A stretch of DNA of 64,000 nt. Source: Lama guanicoe. Lineage: Eukaryota. The DNA lies in the NCBI GenBank assembly GCA_013239625.1, contig MU053557.1, positions 7,063-71,062 of the forward strand, written 5' to 3'. Below the pieces are notes generated by a model. That model was given only the letters and a program-made list of their open reading frames with translations. It had not been told where the DNA came from and did not search any database. Both the position numbers and the translations under genes were made by a program. Position 1 is the stretch's first letter, and every line of letters begins with the position of its first letter. Shown here one piece after another: positions 54,736-64,000 of this stretch.

Positions 54736-57700
54736 GAAAAAACACATTAGGGAGTAAAAGGGTTAAATAATATATAGGAAAGAATATGGACAATGTATAT
54801 TTTTTAAAATCTACTAAAGTAGTTGATTTCATTAGTGACTCTTATAAAACACCTGACTAATCTGTACTACACTTCAGGGCTCTAGAACTAGAGGCCAGAT
54901 GTTAAGAGAAGCCTGCAGGGGAGCTTAGACTACTGACAACAGGATATTCAAAGTGGTAACACCGCTCACTAATTCTGTGATCTTTTTCTAGACACTTTCT
55001 ATAGGTCTCATTTCCTCATCTGAAACAAATGAGAGTGTGGGGAGCAGTGAGCTCTCAAGTCTCTTCACGCCCTAACCTAAAATCATTGTGTCTAACGTGT
55101 AAAGCAAGCTTTGAGAACCAAGAGACCCACTTTTCCGGCTCTGCCAACAGAGGTCGCATATTATTTTCTATATACCATCAACTACACCATTTTAAATTAT
55201 TATTTTATAATAATAATATATATTATAATAATATAGTAATTTTATAAAAATGCCAAATCTGGGTTCATTTTTGTCTCTTAGTTGATAACGTACAACAAAA
55301 AGGTCAAAGAATCAATTTCAGTATACCGCACTTGCCTCCTTCACGAAAGCTATAGGTTAAGAGGACCGCAGAGTTTTAGAAACAGAAACACATGCACACA
55401 CGTGTGTTGAAAATAATTCATATATAACAGTTTAAAAAGTCTGACTCCAAAACACCGAGGTATTCAAGGTCGTGGACTGGTCAGCTCAGCCTCAGAACTC
55501 AAGTCCTCTGATTTTCAGTCTAGTTCTTCCTACTATTTCTACTACTGGATAACTAAATTAAATTGGAAGGGATCTGAAAAATTTTTAAAAACCGCCAGAT
55601 TTGCGATTTACATCATCTTAAAATTAAGGAAGCACTAATAATCACAAAATAAAAGCACTAAAACGTTAAAACAACAACAAAGTAAAACAGTATCCATAAC
55701 AAATCAGTAGAGCTTTAAGGTTCAACATGTGACAAGCATAAGGTCATAAGTCACTGCCCTGACCCAACCAGCGTGATATAATAAATCTCGTACTAACTCA
55801 GATGTCATTTCACAACAGCTTTTAAAAACTGGCTATCAAATACACTTTCATAACAGCCACAGCTAAATTTTATCGACAATTATGAAATCAACCAGAATAA
55901 AGGTTAATTTTATTATGAAAAGAGAAGTTAACATTTATGGCAACAAACTATATGTCCTAAACACCGTATACTTAAGCTATACTCTCAGATTGTTAGTTAC
56001 AAAAAATAAAAATTCAATGTAAGGTAACATGCTAAACATCTACAACTACTCATATCATTAAATCTTTTTCTCCTCGTATATATTTTTTCTCCTCTTTTAT
56101 ATATTTGGTGCCCCACAGTGTGAATTTAAAAAATTCAAAGGTAAGATGTATTTTTACTAAATTGGTTGTATTACAGAAACTATTAATCTTGCTGAAATTT
56201 GCTCAAAAGAAAAAAATGTTAAAGCACTCAAAATTAATATTTGAGTTACTCTGCAATAGTATGTTTAAGCACGCAGCTCTACCAAGATAAGTCATTAATA
56301 TTTAAACTGGCCCAAAGATAACATTAGGGGATGACACACTTCCACTCAAAATAATTGGCTTTAAGGACTATATTGCAATATAAATACTTTAAATGGCTGT
56401 CTAGCAATTGCAAAATCCCATAATTTATTCTATATCTGAACCATTAAGTAACGACTTCTCTTCTCAATATTCCAGCAGAAAAATACACAATCCGTGGAAA
56501 TACATTACTAAAAAAGAGGATTACACTCCAGAGTCAGATGATCACCTATTTAAAAGTGCACTAGGAAACGGAAATAAATATGGTTGTATCAACATAAGAT
56601 ATCATTATTTCAACTATATCCCAGTAATTAGATTTTTATTGATTAAACAGAAGCCTAAATAAAAATGGGAAAAATACGAATTTGATTTTAGCTGAAATAA
56701 TCTAAATAATAATTTAGAAATAATTTAAGGGAATTAAAATGTCCATTCCGTCCTTTTTGTTTCCCCCGTAATAAAGTAAAGCAAAAAAAAAAAAAAAGGA
56801 CAACGTAACCCTATAAACGTTGAGGGTTATATTGCCACAATTAGCTTTAGAATTTTACTTCAAATGAAAAACTAAATTGTAATCCTGGTTAATGCACTCC
56901 CTCTGTACTTAAAAACTCAACCCCAGTTTTCTTTTTTAGCCCTCTGATTTCATGACAATTGACGCAAATTGTTGGTTTTCAGAACTGTTCTTGATATTTC
57001 TAAACTTACCCTGCAGGTTCCACACCTCTACTGCTCCTCCCTCTTGCCTCCCTTCCCCCAACAGTCGCTAATTCACAAGCTCCACTGGAAACCTGTATTT
57101 AAGGGACAGCCGTGAAGGTAGCGAGGAATAAAAAGGCAACCTGTCAAAATTAGGTGTTTCGGGGCTGACAACACTCTCTGCAACTAATTCTAAGTGGCTA
57201 TAAAATAGCTTATTTTCTAAAATATACCTTAGTGGGTAAAATCAAGACAAAAATCACCATCAAAATTAATCCAGTTTAGCATAAAAATGATCACGCACAA
57301 TTCAACAAGAAAGGGACACTTTGTGGGTCTTTTCTTTTTCTGTTGCTAAACGGAAATTCTACATAAGAATATTTTCATTTACTTGAGAAATAACAAAACC
57401 GAAGTAGTATGAACCAGAATAAAATGAGAGCAGCTGGCTCTCTGAAATTACAGAAGTAAGGAGGGCATGGGCTTTTAAACTCTTCCAAAAAGGTCAATAA
57501 GTAATTGATTTTTTTCAGTTATAGCTTAATATTTCTTGAAAATATTTCTTGAAAACTCTTTTGCAACACTATTTACCGATGTGTATCTTCCATGACTCAG
57601 AAATATGGAAGCAAGTGCCCATTAATTTGGCAGATACCTGTAAATACTGCATTACACAATTACCAGGATGTCCTCAGAAGGGTAAATGCTATTCAGCACA

Positions 57701-58696
57701 AATCTATTTTGCCTATACATTTGCTCACATAAATAGCAGTATATAATGAGAAATTATTGCTCATTAAAATTAGGTATGAACTTAAAAGTAGAAGAAATAT
57801 ATTTTAAGAGATATGCCAACTTATTTGAAACCCAATATAAATTAAGATTTCCTAACAACCAGGCTATTTCAATCACTTTCAGGCCAGAGTGGATGAAGCC
57901 TTATGTAACCAACCAGTTAATGCATACATTCTTTCACATCGGGCACTTACACTTAAATAAACCCTTTGATCCAATCTCTGCTTCACTACAATCTCAAAAG
58001 GCCCCTAAAGTGATATTCACCCACATATGAATTTTCCTGTTAATGCAATTTGCATTTAATCTACATTTCTGCAAGGTACATTTCAGAATAAGTCTATCAT
58101 AAAATTTATAAACAGTCAATAAATATTGAAAGTGGCCAGTTTAACTAAAGTATCTGTAACATCAACAGACCATCAAAACCACAAAATAATACAAATTATG
58201 TTATCAGGGATAAAAATAAAATGGAATAGACAAAGGAACATCACAACAAGTAATTTCAATAAAATCTGACCACATGCCAATCACACATTTCTGTACTGGA
58301 GTCATTCCACACTAAATTGACACACCTGAATACACAATGTGTTTTATCTTTTTTTTTTCTTTTACTAATAATATGGTCATAACAAAAAAGAACAGGGTTT
58401 AAAAGAAGGGAAAAGATTCTTATCATAAAGCTAAAAATAAATAACCAAAGGGAAATCTCTTTAAACATTCAGAAATAAATTTATACACATGAATATCAGA
58501 AATATTACGCTTGAAAGAAAAGATAATTAAACACTCACTGCCAGAACCTTTGGAGAGGGAAAAGGTAGAAAGTAAAGAAAGTAGCCATTAAAAAGGGAAT
58601 AAATCATAATTCAAAAAAAATCTCTTCCTTATGCCTCTTCTTTCTGAGAAAACATTCAACACAATGTTAACAAGAAAAACGAAAAAGGGAAAGATT

Positions 58697-58751
58697 CTGA
58701 AATTGACACAACACTGTAAACTGACTATACTTAAATAAAACATTTTTTTTT
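58697..58751 (+). mobile_element. About 55-bp L1 3' terminus with near-perfect TSD
   Basis: gaaattgacacaacactgtaaactgactatactt matches 42007-42041. It is flanked by aaaaagggaaagatt (58682-58696) and aaaaaggaaagatt (58752-58765). Confidence 0.85.
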
Positions 58752-61700
58752 AAAAAGGAAAGATTTTGCTTCACTCTTCCTGTAATTGTACAGGTCATTT
58801 TCATTATGTTAATAAAATTAGACACAGATGCAACTGATAATGAGAGATGTTAAACCTACATAAATTTTCATAGCTTCATAAATGTCAAACCGAGCCCTAA
58901 ACTCCACCTAAAATTGACTTTACAGATTGATCCTGCATCATTCTAATAATCTTACCCTTCAGAAAATATGAACTTAACACTAAACTTTCATCATCTCGTA
59001 AGAGCTCTAATTCCACCTGAAACCATTTCCACCTTTACCTCTTTTTCAACAGTTTTACCATTAGTACTGAAGTGAAACAATGTTGAAAATCAAATTATGC
59101 AGAAATGTGCCTTCACTAATGTTAAAAGTTTATACGAGATTTATTGAATTTCAGTATTTAAAAAGCATATTGCATTAGAATGGCTAATTCGTTTTACTCA
59201 GAGCATGTATCTCAGTATCAGTAAGGTTCTTCTTGTTTTACTATTAATGAGCTTAAACCTCAAATAAAAGACAATACTATGCTATTCATAAGTTTACTAT
59301 TTAATGTGATAACTAGATGTTGTGCTGGGTTGACACAACAGAAGGAATTGCCTTTCCCGGCAAAACAGTGTAAAGTGCTTTTTTTTTTTTAAAGCATTCT
59401 AAGAAAAAGTACTATTAAGTGACATCTTAAAAGTCAAATTATAATTTATGCTTTTAAAAATTTTAAATAGAATGCAAGTGAAGTTTTTAGTGGATTTAAT
59501 ATTCCTCTATCTAAAGTCAGAAAGTCAGGAATCAATACAGCTGTGGCCTCAACACGTTGATTTATTGGCCGATTACTCAGGGTCACTGGTCATAATGTTT
59601 GGCTAGAACCATGTAACAAGTAGAGAAGAGAAAGCAACCAATTTTAGTTGTATCAGGACTGTTGTTTGCAAACAATAGGCTAATTCAATGATGGTTAAAA
59701 AAAAACAGTTTCAATTTATTTGGAAGAAGCTTTGTTCTGGGTAAATCACAGTTCCCAATGTTAAGTTAATGCTGTAAGGTATAAAATGTTCAAACTTTCT
59801 CAAATGATCCTGTGTAAGTTATTATACGTTTTCATTAGGACACAAACTACTGATTCTAATTCCAAATCACACATAAGCATAAAAATAATCATTTCACTGT
59901 ATACCAAAAAACCTGGAAAGATCCAACCATCACTGCTGTGCCTGCCATCATACGGCTGTGATGAGGCTGACACACTTTCTAAATGTTATCAATTACGAGA
60001 AAAGGTATTAAAGCTATCTTTAATGACTTAAAGTATGTTCATCTAAGACTTACGCTCCAGATTCCAGATTATATAGGGTTTCCTGAAAGTTCATTGTGAA
60101 GGGAAAATAAGTTCTTCTTCCATCCCCTTTTTTTAGTAAGGAAAATGAAAACAATACTATGCTGATTATCAGAACAAAATGCATTAATAATCCCCAAGCA
60201 TTTCCTAAAATATATGATTTTTCTTTGTACAATTACATTTGTATAAATCAATGTAACAGTTTCCTACAGATCCCTTAATCAAATCAACTGTATGTATTCT
60301 TTTAAGACAACAGCATATTCAATCATGAATTCTACTGCCAAAAACGTGAGATTGAAAAATTTTAAAAACAGCATGTTTCTACATTTAAACATAACAGTTT
60401 ATGTTTTAGCATCTCAAATCTTCTTATTGAAAACATTTTAAACCTTCAATTCATAGTGACAACAATAAAAAGCTAAAGCAGTGTTCTTCTAAGCAAACGA
60501 TAATCATTATTTAAATAACGGATTAATAGTTTACATTACATTAAGACACACATGAACAAAGGATTTTTTCTTCTTTTGATAAGAAACATCTAAGCCTTTT
60601 AAAGGAACAGAGCACAGCCTGTATTTATCTAAGTCTAATTTTTTTCCCCCAACAAGAAAAGCTTCCTAGTTAGAGGAAAAGAGACACCTCAGTATAAGGC
60701 TATATCTTTAACAGAAAAAATATTTTAAAGAGTTTTAAATAAAATCTTCACTGACTAGTTAATGGGAACAGTGAATATCACTAAAATTTAAGAAAAAAAC
60801 TTGTAACACTTAGGTACAGATAAATCACTGTGTCTACTATGCACTTCCAAAAAAAGAAAAACCCCAAAAAACAAGAACCCCAAAAACCCAACAATCCACT
60901 GATTAATCAATCTTGTGTCTCTACAATTACATTATAAAGATGTAATTTTCCTTCACACCTAAAATGTGATACACATTCACCTGAATCGAGGATGAGGGTA
61001 TTGGATAGAGAACTTAACTCCTACCAACAGAGAGAAACATCGAAATTTAGAATTTTTCCCTGGTAATTTCACTTTGACAGACCTTTTTGAGGTCTACTGG
61101 AAATGGCAATGTTCTTATAAATGACTGAGAAAAAAGAAGACAGAGACAAGTCGCACACAGCTGAGACCGAAGCTTAACAGTGTTGGCCATCGGTTACACA
61201 TTTGAGAACCTGTGGGAACATTTGAAAGTAAAATCAAGCACCTTGTTGCCACCAATTCCTTCCTTAAAGAAACCAATCAGCAGACACAACCTCCCTACTT
61301 TAGGTCAGGAACCCTGTGGGCAAGTCCCAGGTCTAATACTCGGCTCAGGTACACTACTCACTGCATTACTTTAGCAACCTCAGAACTCAGATTCTTCAAC
61401 AGAACGTTCAGTTTAAAGAAAAGAGCTAACGGTTAGAGCTTCTAATTTTTAACCCTTTAATCCCCTCACTTCAAAATGTAAAAATACAGCACAGCTTTTG
61501 ATTATGTAAAACATTAAGAGTACTTTTCACTGTAATGTAAAGAGCATATTCTAAAACAGCTTAAATGAACACACACAATAAATACATTTCCAAACATTAT
61601 ACCCCCTCGAACATAGTTTTTACTGAAGATGCCTGTTAATGAGCAATATTATTTTAAATTTTGACATAAAATTTTCAACCACTGGCCAATGAGATATTGA

Positions 61701-61918
61701 ATACCATGATTTCAGGGGGGGAAAAAAACCACACCTTGAAATGGTTTGGCACAGATAAATCACTTAGGCTGTCTACCACGCCTGCTTCCAAAAGACCACT
61801 TAAACTTATTCACATGAAAAAGCACATGCATCACTGGAGAACACATACAAATAAACGAGTATTTAAATCTACTAATCTGTTTTAAATGTACCATTCTCAA
61901 GAAATAGAAAAGTAGTCA

Positions 61919-61927
61919 CCTTACCTT
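61919..61927 (-). promoter_or_regulatory. NR3C1: Splice donor of NR3C1 exon 2 (AAG|gtaagg)
   Basis: Canonical donor right after NGYS, at the position where mammalian exon 2 ends (phase 2). Confidence 0.93.
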
Positions 61928-63123
61928 GAGTAGCCATTAGAAAAAACCGATCGACCTGGGAAGTTCAAAGTCCCCAAGGAAGTCAAGTTATCATCTCCAG
62001 ATCCTTGGCATCTATTCCAATTTTCTGAACCAACAGGAATTGGTGGAATGACATTAAAAATAGGTTTCTGATCCTGCTGTTGAGAAAGGGATGCTGTATT
62101 CATGTCATAGTGGTACATCTGTCCCCCAGAGGTACTCACACCATGAACAGAAATGGCAGACATTTTATTACCAATTATATTTGCCCCAGAAAAGCTTGCC
62201 TGACAGTAAACTGGGCCCAGTTTCTCCTGCTTAATTACCCCAGGGGTGCAGAGTTCAATAAAATCTTCTTTTTCTGTTTTCACTTGCGGCACTGGCACAC
62301 TGGTGGGGCTTGATAAGATCAGATCTCCATTATCCTTAATTTTAGGTTTAGTGTCCGGTAAAACAAGAGGCTTATAGTCCTCATTTGAGCTTCCTTCCAA
62401 AAGGAATGGGTCATCCTCTCCTGCCAAAGGAGAAAGCAAACAGTTTTCATCTATCAAGAGGTCTGAGCTCCAAGGACTCTCACTTGTTTCTTTACCTGGG
62501 GACCCAGAAGGAAACTCCAAATCCTGGAGTTTTTTCCTCCAAACATCAAAGGTGCTTTGGTCTGTGGCATACAACTTCACATTACCCCCGTTGGTGCCAG
62601 TCTGGCCCTTCGAATGATGCTGTTCTGAAGACACGTCAGAGTGAGTCTTTTGAAATTCCCTCTCTGTGGGGGCAGCAGACACAGCAGCAGGTGCCGAGTT
62701 CTTGGGGTTCTCTGGAACACTGGTCGACTTATTGAGGTTCGCGATGCTTTCTTCCAGAAGCCGAAAGTCTGTCTCTCCAGAGGAAAGGCTGGTTTGGCCC
62801 TGCGGTGGGAATCCCAGGTCATTTCCCATCACTTTTGTTTCTGTCTCTCCCATATACAGTCCCATTGAGAGTGAAACTGCCTTGGACAGATCTGGCTGCT
62901 GCGCGTTGCTTCCTGAGCCTTTTGGAAAATCAACCAAAAGTCTCTGCTGCTTGGAGTCTGACTGTGAAGCGGCAGCCAGTGAGGGTGAAGATGCAGAAGC
63001 CTTCGCAGTAGCTCCTCCCCTTAGGGTTTTATAGAAGTCCACCACATTTCCCCTCTCCCGAACAAGCACACTGCTGGGGATCTCTTCTCTACTGGGGGTG
63101 CTTAAAGGTTCCTTGGGGTCCAT
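61925..63123 (-). CDS. NR3C1: Glucocorticoid receptor, coding part of exon 2 (N-terminal domain, AF1/tau1); 399 codons plus 2 nt
   Basis: The translation [14 protein letters not shown]...[18 protein letters not shown]...[20 protein letters not shown]...FSNGYS is clearly GR. The SP phosphosites equivalent to human S203/S211/S226 and the SUMO motifs VKTE and IKQE are intact. Confidence 0.99.
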
Positions 63124-63160
63124 CAGGGAATATTAGCTACAAAAAAAAAAAAAGGAGGGA
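63124..63160 (-). promoter_or_regulatory. NR3C1: Splice acceptor of exon 2 plus the 13-nt 5' UTR segment (63136-63124)
   Basis: The minus strand reads tccctcc(t)13gtag|CTAATATTCCCTG ATG. Confidence 0.92.
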
Positions 63161-64000
63161 ACATAATAAGCTAGAAAGTCACATTATCTCTGTGATCCGA
63201 TTAGTAAGAGCCTGTTAAATGAACCTTTTAGTTAGCTCCGAATAGAATTCAGAATAGTAGTCTATCTCCCAAAATAAAAAAAAAAAAGCTGCGTCCCCTA
63301 TTCCCATTCAATGTGCTGTGTCACATTTAAAAGTACAAGGCAGTCCATTTGCACAGCTGAGGACAAAACTGTATCAGCTGAGCTTCGCTATTCACCCGCC
63401 ACGCACAGAACTGTAACTCTGTTAATCACAGACATTATAACTCATTACATCTGATTATTCTAAAGGTGCAAGCTGATGTCAAAGTATTTAATTAAAAAAA
63501 AATAAAATTCCTGCCTCTTTTCAAGCAATCAAGGCTGTTTTGCTGTTCTTCGAATCATACACATAAAATCTGATAAAAATCATGCTAGAATTCTCTAATT
63601 ATTCTCAAATTCCCCTCCTACCAGCTGGTCACACGTTCAAATCTTTTAGTACAACCTACCGGTGCACATTTTATTTCAAAAATAAACAATGATGATTTGC
63701 TCATCTTCCAACAGGCTAGGAAAAGGCTCTTATTTTTAACCCACATTTCTTACTGAACGTACCTATCAGCTGCCTGCCTTCAAATTTTGGACATACGAAA
63801 TGAAATACACTGCATACAGGCTAACTAAAATTTAGATTTTAAAAAGCAGAATAGAATGTGTAGTAGATTCTCAGTGCAATTTTAACTTCTTTAAATACAA
63901 CGAATAATAAAACTCTCAAAACACAACTAAATCTCAATGAAGCCACTTATTTTTTTAAAACTGCTTAAGACCCTCAGTATGAAACACTGTATCTCTAAAT
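63137..64000 (-). other. NR3C1: 3' end of NR3C1 intron 1; the exon-1 CpG-island promoters lie beyond the window
   Basis: AT-rich sequence upstream of the acceptor. NR3C1 is known to have untranslated first exons. Confidence 0.85.

Larger units (their letters stand above)
1..61924 (-). other. NR3C1: NR3C1 intron 2 (partial; exon 3 lies left of the window)
   Basis: The GT donor is at 61924-61923 on the minus strand. No exon-3 zinc-finger sequence (CLVCSDEASGCHYG) was seen in the window. Confidence 0.9.

Noticed and set aside
62080..63034. ORFs on the + strand overlapping exon 2
   Set aside because: They are antisense shadows of the NR3C1 coding exon.

Overview
This is mammalian genomic DNA, probably from a camelid (inferred from a vic-1-like tRNA-derived SINE and the L1 3' ends). 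It lies entirely inside the glucocorticoid receptor gene NR3C1, which is on the minus strand. The only protein-coding exon is exon 2 (63136-61925; ATG at 63123), encoding the N-terminal AF1/tau1 domain. Positions 63137-64000 are the end of intron 1, and 1-61924 are intron 2; exon 3 lies beyond the left edge. Intron 2 is filled with dead transposons: one near-full-length L1, many L1 fragments, L2, MIR, Tigger1, MER82, MER20 and MLT1. The other ORFs are L1 remnants or noise. I found no new multi-gene system. The most unusual signals are three. (1) Repeats across the intron show a strand-asymmetric drift towards C on the + (template) strand, strongest near a (GGGGAAGA)n tract at the left edge. 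(2) The GR-B start codon (human Met27) is GTG here, which also turns an overlapping start-stop element into an 8-codon ORF. (3) The S134/S141 phosphorylation region has changed. All comparisons to human NR3C1 and to repeat consensus sequences are from memory and by eye, and need alignment to confirm.
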